DNA from: Azolla caroliniana
Lineage: Eukaryota; Plantae; Polypodiophyta
Assembly (NCBI GenBank): GCA_043228905.1
Contig: JBHGNT010000008.1
Coordinates: 21,824,001 to 21,888,000 of the forward strand
Length of the DNA stretch: 64,000 nt
Reading direction: 5' to 3'
Shown here: in pieces, positions 39,614 to 52,015 of the stretch
How positions within the stretch are numbered: position 1 is the stretch's first letter
Layout: each line of letters starts with the position of its first letter
Made by a program: the position numbers and the translations under genes
Notes under the pieces: generated by a model
Told to the model about the DNA's origin: nothing
Seen by the model: the letters and a program-made list of their open reading frames with translations, nothing else
The model's database searches: none

Positions 39614-39860
39614 GGGTTGCAAAGATGCATGCGAAATTTGTCTTTATGTAAAAAAATGTGCAAATAACATGAGACTAATAGGTACTAGAGAGTGTGATTT
39701 TGATGGGTACTTTAATATCTCACATCATATCTTTTCATTCCTCTTTTTCTTTGGGACATTAAAGTACCCATCAAAATCACACTCTCTCATACCTATTAGT
39801 CCTATGTTATTTACACATTTTTGTACATAAAGACAAATTTCACGTTCATCTTTGCACCCC
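39614..39860. repeat. Long inverted repeat / foldback MITE-like element (arms about 110 bp, loop about 28 nt)
   Basis: 39614-39722 is the reverse complement of 39751-39860 with scattered mismatches. Confidence 0.88.
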
Positions 39861-41300
39861 CCCTGCCCCGGTTCACACACATCCGACAAATTTTCTCCTA
39901 GTAGCCGGAATTCCCCATGACATCCACCCCCACCAAACCACACATCCTCTGGTATGCGTCGATCTAGGGAAACAGTAGGGGTTCCGGGTCGTTCCTTACT
40001 CGTCCTCATCCGAACGATCGCCGATCCAATCCTCATCCGGCTCCTTGTCCTCGTCCGCGCTTTGGGCCCCTACCTCTGGATCCGGTTCCGCTTCATGTCG
40101 CTTCTTGAATGCCTTGATATGCTTCCCCGCAACCGGTATCAAGATCCTCGTTTCGTCAAGCTCCGTAAGGTGGTCGGTTGCATTGTCGTTTGCACTTGTC
40201 ACCACATAAGGTCTGAACCATCGTCTCGGGAACTTCCGAGTCGACCGGTGTTGATTGTCAAGGCTGGTGTCATAGACCAACACCCAATCACCTTCCTCGA
40301 TCTTTTTCAACCGGAGTTGGTGCGTTGGTCAAACCAATCCTTCTTCTTCTTCCTTGCCTCTTCTACCCTCGGCATCGCCCGTTCCACGTCCTCCGGCCTT
40401 TGCTCAAGTTGTCGGATCTGCGTGCCAGCATCTCCTCCCGACTCATCTCATCTGACATCCATGAGGCTATTGTTCGCTCTACTAACATGATGGGTTTCTG
40501 CCCGAACATGAGTTCGACGAGCATATACTTGGTTACCGAACTGTGCATAGTCTAGTCCGCCCATAGCGCATAAGGTTGTCTCGGCCAGTTGTTGACTCGT
40601 CCGTCGCATGCCCACAATATCTCTTTGACGATCAATCCATGCCTTCTTTCAACCTTCCCATTTGCTTCCAGATTGTACGTCGTTGTGAGGGAAAGCTTGA
40701 CCCCTAGTCGGTCGAATAGCTCTTCGGCTTCTTGCACATCCAGCTCCCCTCAGCTGGCCACGATCTTTCCCACACACCCATACCGACAAATCACATCCTT
40801 GATCAGGAATCAGCATACCGCTACAGTCGTCTGGTTCGTCAATGCCCGACCCTCCACCTGGTTCGTCAGGTCTTCTCGCGCAAGCACAAGGTACCGCATT
40901 TGGCCTACCCCGATTGACATCGTGACCAGGTCGACCATGCAGTTAAAGTGAATGGCCGGCGGGTAGGTCGGGTGTAACTCATTTCGGTGCTGGACTCTGG
41001 AATGCACTTGGCAGCTCTCGCATGTCGTCATGAAGAGATGCATGTCCTTGTACATCTCGGGCCACCAGTACCTCTCCTTCAACTTTTTAAGCGTGGCCCA
41101 TGTTCCCCAATGTCCGGACCAGGAACTCTTGTGGAACTTCGACATTAGCACCGTATGGTCGTCCTCCTTCGTCATCACTTAGAGTGGTGTGTCGGTCCGC
41201 TTCTTCGGATGCCGCCCGATATTCCTGTCTCGTAGGAAGAACGTATATGTATTCTTCTAGATCTAGCTCGCCTCGTCCTTCATCCTTCATCTTGTCGGTG
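39860..41300 (-). mobile_element. Ty3/Gypsy integrase remnant with PPT and truncated 3' LTR
   Basis: HHCC zinc finger (H..WSGHWG...RYWWP...CESCQ), DLVTM..YLVLAREDLTNQVEGRAL, EANGKVER, GPY-like RWFRPYVV; purine tract GGTGGGGGTGGA followed by TGTCATGG at about 39921. Confidence 0.85.
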
Positions 41301-41304
41301 TCAC

Positions 41305-42190
41305 CCCTGCTCAATCCGGGTTTGTCCAAATGAGAGCGTTTCTTCCAGCACTTGCTCTCTTTGTGGCCCTTTCGGCCACAATACCAGCATTCCGGTTCAG
41401 CCTTTGCTTGCCGGTTTTTTGCGCCCCCTTGACTCCCCTTGTTTCCGGAGGATCCAGAATTGCTATTGGCATTTCGATTATGCCTTCTGTTTTTCTCTTG
41501 TCGGCCGCCTCCATTGCGTGCCGACCTACCTCATCCATCACGACCATGGGGCCTATCTTCGTTCACGTACAACATCTTGTTGTCGGTGTGTGTACTTGTC
41601 GACACACCCACATGGTTCTCCTCTACAAGGAGCATTGATTGTAAGTCAAAAAATAAAGGCATATTCTCCCTTGTGTAGACCGTCGTTCGAAATGTTCCGA
41701 ACTTTGACGCCAAGCCCCCGAGGCAGACTTGTACCATCTCATCCTCCTTGTGACTGTCATGTTGATGGAGGCAAGGCAATCACAGATCTCCTTGATCTGG
41801 GCTATATAATCGGCCACAGACATGTCCTTCTGTCGGACATTGCTCAACTCTTGTCTGAGTTGCAACTTCTAAACCGTGGTGCTTGCGGCGAATACCCTTT
41901 TCAGGTTCGTCCACGCTTCCTTTGGCGTCTTGGCGTCATGGATATGGCTAAGCAATTGATCACCAACACTAGACGCGAAGCAGTACATTACCTTGCTTGC
42001 TGCTTGTTCCCAAGCCGAAAAGTCCTTGTGTGTCGCATCTGGTGCTGCATCATTAGCTCCGTCGACATAACTCTAATATCCATGTCCAAGCAGGTACTGG
42101 TGCATCTTTTACGACCAAGATGCGTAGTTGCTTCTGTCGAGCTTCTCTGTCGGAAGCAAGCTAGCCATTCCTTTGTCCATTTCTCTTCTT
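41305..42190 (-). pseudogene. Copia gag remnant related to element A gag
   Basis: LQLRQELSNVRQKDMSVADYIAQIKEICD, FFDLQSMLLVEENH, CWYCGRKGHKESKCW; collinear with 35327-36300. Confidence 0.85.
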
Positions 42191-42204
42191 GGAACCACAT
42201 TTAA

Positions 42205-42745
42205 GCCAAATTAATTAAAAATTAAATAAATAAAAATACACTAAATTAAATAAACATTTATGTTTAATTAATGAAATAAATAAATAAGAAATAGTTAAGC
42301 CATTAGATTAAATAAACATTTAATTTAAGTGAATTAAATCAATAAAAAAACATTAATTAAACCATTAAATTACATAAACATTTAAGAGATAAAAAAAGTT
42401 AGCCCAAAAACCTATAAACCGTTAAACCAAACCACTTAAACCTAGAAATCGATAAACCCTAGTTTTAGAACTAAACTGAATTGTTTATTAATAATTAAAA
42501 TCAAACCAAACCATTTAATTATTTTGGAACTTATAAACCTTTAAACCATGGCTTAACGGTTCGGTCCGGTTCGAGCCGGAACCGGGCCCATCGCTACGAG
42601 TCACGGAAGTAGGTGGCATTAGAATTTCACAATCGCTAAGCGGTGATTTGGGTGAACACATGGGGAATCGGTAATGGTTCGGTTCGGTTCAAACCGAGCC
42701 GCGAAAACCACAACTTAACGGCTTAACGGTTTGATGGTTTAGGTT
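42205..42745. mobile_element. hAT MITE remnants related to 27886-28619, immediately upstream of the aspartic protease promoter
   Basis: One TIR, GGGCCCATCGCTA, ends at 42596; AAACC/GGTTC subterminal repeats; AT-rich core; a second subterminal block at 42676-42745; no partner TIR found. Confidence 0.7.
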
Positions 42746-42869
42746 GCTATTTGCGAGTATCTACCATAACGAGCGAGCTCGATCGACGGGTGATTAGAAG
42801 AAAAAAAAGTCCGGAAAATTTGGTTACCGTGGGCAGAGAAAAGGCTCGCGTATACATATGTTGAATTGG

Positions 42870-43020
42870 TCCAAGCGAAAGAAAGCCCGGGCTTCGGGCT
42901 CGGGCTCGGGCTCGGGCACGAGGCGGGGGCGGCTGCCACGTGGATTTCCGCCGCCACGCTGGCAAGAAGCCCCCCCCCCCCACCCCACCTAGGGCCAGCC
43001 TGGCAAAACCCTAATTCTGT
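42870..43020 (+). promoter_or_regulatory. Probable aspartic protease proximal promoter
   Basis: GC-rich; GCCACGTGG G-box (about 42935), GGGCT/GGGCC repeats, telo-box AAACCCTAA (about 43007), then a GAA-rich leader. Confidence 0.5.
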
Positions 43021-43076
43021 CAGAGACACCTCAGAAGAACTGAAGAACGAAGAAGAAGAAGAAGAAGAAGAAAGGA

Positions 43077-46000
43077 ATGATCAGTCTCTGCATAGCCGTA
43101 AACCCTGTTCTAGTATCTAAGCAGACCGATCGGAGAAGAAGAATGCGCGTTTCTTCCTTCCTTCGTTCACCATGTATCGCATCTTCACTGTTTCCATCTT
43201 TCATAGCTGCTTCCTTCTTCTGGCTTTATGCCTCTTCGGCATTCGGAGTAGCAGCAGAAGGACGAATGTACCAGCATGACAATAAGGAAGAAGAAAACCT
43301 GATGTTTGGACTTCGATCTAAACTTGCCATGGTTTCTTCGACCTCAGACTCTTCCGTGTCAGACTCAGTTCCCGCCTATCCGATCAACTCTCTGTTAACA
43401 TCTATGCTGAACCTTGGCAGCAGAGACGATGTAATCAGAAATTCAAGGTCAACAAATACATACTCTTCAGATGATTCTATCAATACCTTGGCTGCTGTCT
43501 TTCCTATTTATGGAAATGTCTATCCTTCGGGGTAAGAAGAAGCGCTTGAATCCTTTTATCATTGGATTGAGATTCTTTTGTACTGTTACATTTTGCCTGG
43601 TGAAAATAGGATATAATTTAGGTGCTTTATTTGTATGAATCAGACTTGGGTTGGGATTCCTTTGTGGAAGGTACATAGAAGAAAGATTATGAAATTTTCT
43701 TGGCTAATATTGCAAGGAGCTAGAGAGCTCCAAATTTTGCAATGGAAATTTAACGAGACATACTTTAAGAAGTTTAGAAAGGACATAGAAGAAAGGTTCT
43801 GAAATGTTCTTGGATAAATCGATAAGGAGCAAGCGGCATTGAAACAGCTGAAGATGTATGTCGGCAAATGAGGAAGGTGGAGATAGATAAGTTTCGTGCA
43901 ATTGCCTTTAACAGTACATGAAAAATGGAACTTGATCTTCCCTAGCCTCATTGTGAAACCTTGTTTTGACCAAAGTCATCTAGGGTTTTAAGATGTTATG
44001 TGAGAATTTCATTGGATTTCTGAGACAAAGTTTATGGGACACCTGCCTTGTTAATGTAGAGTCCAAAGAAGGTCAGTAGGAATGTAGTATGATTTGCTAC
44101 TTCGTTATGATAAAAGGCTATCTATAATTCTCCATGAGAATTTTTTGTGAAATGAAACTTCAAAATCAAGGTTGTGATGTCAATTAAGTAAAACTAAGCA
44201 GCAATTTTGACGATTATGGCTTTATATTATGTACAACAACTTGCAAGTGATGTGACATTAACTTGGGGGATGCCTGTTGTCATGGTAATTTATATCCATT
44301 CCAAGGTATGGCCATATGACCCATTGCAAGTCATAAAGGAAGATCATGTTGGTGTAATCTGTCTTTGTTTGTTTCAAGTATAGGAGAATGTAAAGGAGTT
44401 CATCAGCTTCTTTTTTTACGTTATTCCTTCCTTGGAGGGTTTGGAAAGGCTTAAATATAGTCTTTATGGAAAATTAAGTAAAGAGAGAACCGAAATAGTG
44501 TTGTACAGTGGATTTTCATGGGAGAGAGAAGCAGGGCTCTGGGCAGATAGGGTTTCAGGGATGTGAGAAAGAATCCCACAGAACCCATCAGCCATCAGAT
44601 CCTCACCATTGGCCGACCAACGTGACTTTTGTTTCAATATTTCACATGGCATTAGTTTAGATCGACTGACATTTATGCGTTCCTCTCCTTTCCACCTTTG
44701 CACAGGCAGATTTAAATTGATGTTTGTTCCTTTTCTCACTCTCTAAATTATTGTGAAACTTCAAGTGTATCACAAAATTTGTTTGATCTGTTGTGCTTTA
44801 CTTCATTATTGATACCCGAACATACAAATCCCTGATCATATATCAAACAAATCTATTAGTTCTTTCTAGTCATTTTCAATTTATAAGATAACTATATGGA
44901 ACTTTTTCCTGAACAAATTTAAAATTTGCAGACTATACTTCGTTTCCATGAGGTTTGGTAACCCTTTGCAAGAATATTTTCTAGATATGGACACCGGGAG
45001 TGATCTCACATGGCTACAATGTGATGCACCATGTGTACGTTGTGCAAAGGTGTGTAATTCAACCTCATTTCACCTTGTCTACGTTAATGGTTTGTGTAAG
45101 GAGAGTATGATATTTTGTGTTTGAAAATCTATATATTATGATTCGTAATTGATTTATCTTACACATTAAAAACTGAAATTTAAGAAGGGGTGGTACGATT
45201 GCACATACATGGCGAGCATTAGAGTACACATAAAATAGTGGGAAGAATGCCTCAAACATCGACCATTAGGAATGTGTACCATTCCAAGTAAAACAGAAAT
45301 TGGAAGAGTAAGGTTGCCTTCACACTTCCTTGGTGTAAAAATAATCGACTTTTTTCTCTCTTTCTGCTTGGAAAGATTTGACATGTCTTCCACCACATTA
45401 GCATTTTACTGATACATTGGTACCCAATAGAAAATGCATACCTTCATAAGAACGAAGCAAGAGTTTGAATTTACACATATAATATTAATAAGCGCCAAAA
45501 ACAAAATAACTTGAAAAGGGAATAATAATAAAAAAGCGTTAAAAATTAAAATATACACACATAGAAGCATGCAGTGTCCTTGTGAATGCTCCAACTCAAG
45601 AAGTGCAAGGTCCACATCATCAAACAAAAATGCATCCCCCTTACCAAATTGTCAAGGTTAGATTAGAAAGTTGTCCAGTGCCTATCAATCAAAATCATCA
45701 ACACGAAAAGGCATTGCGTAACAAAGGATATCTTACCCAGTCAATCTATTGGTTTTCCTTCCAAAAGAGAATTAAAAGACCCAATCTTTTTTTCATTGTG
45801 AAGGGCCCTCATCCTTTGTACAAACCAAGGCAAGCTAACCTTGTGGACTGTAGTGAAGCAAGCTGTTCAACAATCCAAGTCGGAAGTAGATTTGGTTGTG
45901 ACAAAGGGTTTGGGCAATGTGATTATGACATCAAGTATGCAGATGGAGGCACTTCATTGGGTGTTCTTATTCGTGACCGTTTGGCACTAATATTAAGCAA

Positions 46001-48523
46001 TGGCACTTGGGGTCGCACACAGGCCATCATTGGGTAACTTTAGTTTATTTGAAATATAATGTTTACTCAATTGAAACTTAAAATGTCATTTTCTGGATGT
46101 TCCAAGTCCTTGCCCATGTGACTAATCAATACGAATGCATGTAACTGAAATAGACAAGATATAGTGAATGACATGCCAATGGTTAGAGTAGAAATTAATG
46201 GATCATGTATTGATCCTCCCAGGTTGTTGAAAAATAACGGATTAGGAGATACATAATAGACAGATATGTCCAAAGAATGTAGCTCATTTGGAAGGTTTCT
46301 GGCAGAGACCTGAAGATCATGTTTTCAACCCCTACATCCTGCACAGTTATACAGTAAATTGTAGTAAGTTGGTGAGATTTGAACCCAAAACAAGATGGGT
46401 TTGTAAAATATGGCTTAACGTTACAGTAAATCCCTAAGAAGGAATGGATAGATTTATTAGTGGCTCTGGAGGCTAAATATGGCCTGTGGGGTGACAAAAT
46501 AAATTCCTCTAATGTCATAGTTCCTTGATTTGAGTTAGCTAGGTGTGAACTCCTCTGCAATCCATTGGCCGGTCCTGTAAGGAGATAAGATTGACGGGGA
46601 AATGTGTGTACAAGAGGATTTATGAAATCCAAGCTGCAGGCAGCCCTTAAGTGCTCACATGGTGTTTGATTAAGTATGCACGAATGAATTCTGAGGAATC
46701 AGTCCACCCCTAGTTCTTAACTCTAAAAACTAGATGAATCACGTGAAACGAATGTTTAACACAGTAATGTGGAGTGGTCATGTCTTAGGGGGAGACACCC
46801 CCTAGAAAACAGCTGCTGCTAGTAACCTTTTATTTAACTTCTGCTTTTTGGAACTATTTTTCATGATTTTTATTAGAGTGATTTTGATGGTTTTGGTGTG
46901 CTTTGTTGAAGAGAGATCATTAAGTGATGGGCTCCAATTTTCCAATGTAATTGTTGTTGATCATCTCAACCCCCAAATCCATACTCCTCATGCAGCCATA
47001 GTTTCCACCAAATTCTCTGTTTACCAGAGTCTCTTCAGCCCACAACCATGGTTTGCTCATTGTATCTATCTGGATCTATTGTATCTTGAAGTAATGCAAG
47101 TTTTTGTGTTATTCATTGACTTTTTTATTTGATCAATTTTTGGATTTTAAGTTATTTGATCTAATTTGAATGAATGAAGACTTAATGTGTGTTAGATTGG
47201 AGCATGAGTGCAAACAAAGTTGGTTATATGACTAGGTGTGCATATAATCAGCAAGGGTCTCTTGCGCATTCTCCATCTGCAACAGATGGTGTCTTGGGTC
47301 TCAGTTCTTCATCCATCTCTCTTCCTTCTCAATTGTCACAAAAGGGCCTCATGAAAAACGTGATTGCACATTGTATCTCTGGAGATGGTTCTGGTGGTGG
47401 CTATCTGTTGATGGGTGACAAACTTCTTCCCGCTTGGGGCATGACATGGGCATCCTTTGTTGGCAAACCTGCAATGTAAGACCAAAGTTTAATATGCGTA
47501 TTTCAAATTCCTATATGAACCTAGACTCATCTGTATAAATGGCAGGAAGAATTATGCATTATCAATGGCGGCTGTCTTTTACGGTGATGTACAAGTAGAT
47601 GTGAATTCAAATGCTGTTAAAACTGCCATTTTTGACAGTGGATCATCTTATACATATCTGATCCCTTCGCTATACTCTGCAATTGTGGCAACTGTATGTT
47701 TAGCATATTCTGTTTATATTCCACTAACGCCTCCACATTTTCATTGTGTTTCACTTGCTTGCTATATAAGCAGGTTTGTATTTTTTTGTTATATAGATTT
47801 TGAATGCTTCTGATACAGATCCAGGAACACCTTATTGGCAGTGATCTTCAACTTGATAAATCAGATAACAGCCTACCTTTTTGTTGGCGAGGCAACACGC
47901 CTATCAGGTAAGAGTTGGTGCATTATTAGATTCATCAATGTCATTTTCTAGAGGTGTAAAAGCAAGAAGCTTCTGTCATGCACTGTATGCATCATTGTTG
48001 AGTATAGTAAATTCTGCTCCTTGAATCCTGTTTTGTGAATATAGGTCATTGAAAGATGTACTACATGTTTTTAAACCGATAATCTTGGAATTCAATGGCA
48101 ACAAGATTGGCAAGACAAGTAGAATGCAGTTGTTTGGAGAAGGCTATCTTATAAATAATGCAAGAGTTTGACAAAGCTCTAAGAAATCCATTTTTCATCA
48201 TAGCATATATATATATAGATAGATATATAGATAGATATATATATAGTTTGATAAAAATTTGTCTTTTTCTATTGATAGTCTCGAGGAAATGTCTGCCTTG
48301 GACTGTTAGATGCAAGCATTATGGGTAAAGATGCTTCAAACATCATCGGAGGTAATTATTCTCAGGCTTTTGTTTGGTAATGCTTACCCCCATCACACTT
48401 AACATCCATGAGTGAAATATTTCAGATATTTCAATGCAAGGGACCTTAGTGGTATATGATAATGAGAACCACCGGTTGGGTTGGATGAAGACAGATTGTA
48501 GAAAGATCCCAAAAACGTCTTGA
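43077..48523 (+). CDS. Nucellin-like / Asp1 / APCB1-type A1 aspartic protease, 9 exons, 499-521 aa depending on start codon
   Basis: Exons 43077(or 43143)-43531, 44932-45049, 45804-46033, 47236-47475, 47546-47693, 47819-47907, 48045-48159, 48279-48351 and 48426-48523 are phase-consistent. Motifs: FPIYGNVYP, catalytic DTGSDLTWLQCDAPC (the QCDAPC nucellin signature), CDYDIKYADGG, DGVLGL, second catalytic DSGSSYTY, GNVCLG, IIGDISMQG..VVYDNE..RLGW. The hydrophobic N-terminal segment fits a signal or anchor. Confidence 0.94.
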
Positions 48524-50456
48524 ATCAGAGATATGATTTACAAATGAATTATATCCATATTCTAGTTAAACATCAACCAAGGGGTGCTATTGCAGTTTGC
48601 AAAAGATACATGTTTTCACAACAGGGCAGTACTAGAACAAGGTGATGCCAAACATCTTTCAAGGTCCACTAGCTTTTAAATTTCATTTTTGGAGGCCACT
48701 ATCCATAACCCATCATGTGTAATACACAGGATTAATTTAGATGTGTGCAAACAAGTGGTACCAAGTTCACGTCCTACAGGCCTGCAGCTCCTCGTAAGGA
48801 CAAGTGTATGTGTGGGACAAAGGAAAACCTAAATTCTTGGTGATGCTGTTGAAAATAGGAATTTCAACTGAATCACTAGGATTTAGGGTCTTATTTTCCA
48901 AAGTACCGGTTTTTTGTCATGTTATTCGAAAACTCTTAATGCATTTGTAATGTCTTTGTAAAATGAGCCTATCTGGCCACAAATGATCATTTTGGGTTTT
49001 TAGAACCAACAGAATCACCAAGGATTTATGGTTTCATCTTCTAAACTACTGATTTTGACATGCTATTCCAAACTCTTAATATATATATATATATATATAT
49101 GCAATGTTTTTGTAAAACCAGACTATCTCAACAACAAACTATCATTTTGAGGTTTTTTTTGTTTCATTGAGCATGACATGAAAATACTCATATTTGTAAT
49201 CATAATTAGTTTCATAGGTGGATTTTGGCCTGCAATTGATGTTAATAATATGAGTGTTATACTCAAATTTCTACGAAGAATGATATGTGAGTTGGTTTTG
49301 TAGGTCAAAATCAATACATGTTAGATCCCATCTCGTTGTTTGCCATCTAGACCATTGTTTCCATGTGATCGACCTGACACGCATTGCCATGTGAGACGGG
49401 GCATTGGGGCACTGGTGATGATAAGTCAACTATGCACACTTTCTCAAAACAAGTTCAAGTGTTTTTGAGTATATGACACTTTGAATATAATGCTTTGCCT
49501 TTGATCATATTTGACTATGTTTTCCACACATCTTCAATCAAACCCGATCCTTGCAATATTTGTTTTCCACACATCTTTGATCAAACCCAATCCTTGCAAG
49601 ATTTTTGCTCACAATCACAATGTGCACTCTCCATTCTAACATTCATTGGTAAAGCTCTTGAACATTGAAAGTCACTACTTGCTTTCCCATGTATTATGTG
49701 AAAAAATGTAATGTCTTTGGTATCATGCATTATATTTGATATTCTAAGATGATAATAGAATGTGTATGCATGCATTGCATGTGCATGGGCATTGTCCGTG
49801 TGCATGTGTATGGGTGTAGAATTTGTTGACCAAGGAATATGTGTCTCATAAGTTATTTGTTAATTCTTTTGTACAAGAGTAACAAAATAAAGCAAGGATA
49901 GTGCATCTTATACATATAACTGCATGAGCGCCACTAATTTATCCAATGATTCTTTTTTTAAGAATCACTTGAAACATCAATTTAAATAAGAAAGCCTCAA
50001 AATGAGCTACAAGATTGATAATGTAAGGAGGAATATTCAAGATCCAAGATCCAAACTGAATGCCAATTGTGATTCAGGTTCCAAAATTGAGCTCCGCTCT
50101 ATCGGCCTTAGAATCAATTCCGAGGTTGAGAAAGGAGATCTTAGAGATATGCCTAAAATCCATGACATTATGCTGTATTCTTTTTGTTATTAATAGCAGT
50201 TTGGCATCAATTCTAAGATTGAGGATGGAAGGGAGGAATCAGAAGGATAAATCATTCCAACTCTGATTCTAATTCCAGTTCTGATTCCTGGCCCACCGAC
50301 ATTCAGACTTAGAATCAATTTGAAAGAATGAGATCAGAAGCAAGGAGGAATCTTGAGATTTCAGTTAACAACATGGATTGCATATTATTGATGAAAGAAA
50401 AGGTGAGAGGGATTTGTAAATTAGTCATCCACCGTACTTAATAGCTATCCATTAAT

Positions 50457-51839
50457 ATGCAGAATTTGCAGCAAATCGTTCATCCTAATTCCGATCATAT
50501 TGTAGCCTACATTGCCAATCATTTTCATTCACCCTTTTTATTAATACCGCATTATATGATTGTGCAGTATTATACTCTCCCCCACACCATCTCAATTATG
50601 CATGCAAGATATTATCTCTTGTATTCCATTATTAACAGCAATCAATATTACTTGCAGCCTCACCATGATTATCACCGATCAACAATCAGAACACAATTAC
50701 ACCGCAATCTTTCCATCACTGGAAACCATGGGAGGCAGCCTCAGAATCACCACTCAAATGTTAAAACCATAAAGAACCATGTGAACATACATAAAGCAAG
50801 CTTGAAATTGGTTGCAGAGAAACAGAAATCTGGCTTTGTATTCAAGTTATCCTTCGCTTTCGATGCAAACGTCCCTGGAAAGTAAGAAAGAACACATTGG
50901 AGTTCCAGTTTTCTAATGTCAAATTTTCATTTTAATCTCATTTCATTTAGCTTTATTTCTTTTCGTTTCTCTGTATATGTTTCTGATCCATCCATCAGTA
51001 CAATGGCAGATTCAAAATCTACTTAGTAACGGATGAGGAATCGCTGCGGCGAGACAATCGATGTAACAGTAAATCTAAGCAGATTAAACTACGAGAATCG
51101 ACATTTCCTGCAGGATTTGTACAAGAATTCCTAGACAATGACCTTGCTCTGGATAATGCTAACTTTGAGGAAGAAGGATCGATATCATTAGCGAAGAAGA
51201 AAATGATGATGGTAGTGAAGGCTGAGATCGATGCAACAGAGTTGCAGAACTTACGCAGTGGTTCTGGTTCAGCAAAAGGACCAGATTCTCATGCAATTGC
51301 ACAGATTACCCATGTTGGACTGACCATAGCCACGCACATCAAGGACCATGGCCAGATTCCCAAGGATAATGGCCAGATTCCCAAGAATCGTGGCCAGATT
51401 CCCAAGGGAAATGGTCAGATTCCCGTGAATAGGGATCCGATTCCGATGAACCATGGTCAGATCAAGATGGACATACATGATGGTCAGGAAAATAAACGGC
51501 ATGGCCAGTTTCAAGTGGAGGACGGTCCGATTCACAAGCAGGACCTTGTCCTGGATGCAGTAGTGGAGAGGCAGATGATTGTCGCGGAGGCAGGGTGCGA
51601 TGATGAGAACGAAGGGATGGTGTACGAGGTGCATGAGATCTACGGTGGTGGTGGTGGTGGTGGTGGTGGCAATCTCAAGAAGCCAAGAGGTGCAGAGTCA
51701 CGTGACAGCGATGGCGATGGCGATGGCGATGGCGATGGCGATGGTTGCTGCGTGGTATGCTTGGGGGAGCCACGTGACACGCTGCTCTTACCCTGCAGGC
51801 ACATGGTAACCCTAAATCGCGCATCTTTCTGCTCTGACC

Positions 51840-51886
<47 letters not shown>

Positions 51887-51984
51887 GTTTAGGGTTTAGG
51901 GTTTAGGGTTTAGTTCTGTCCACACCCATGGGACATTTGGGCCATATATGCATATGGATTGTATCAGGCCGGCCGATCATGGGT

Positions 51985-52015
<31 letters not shown>

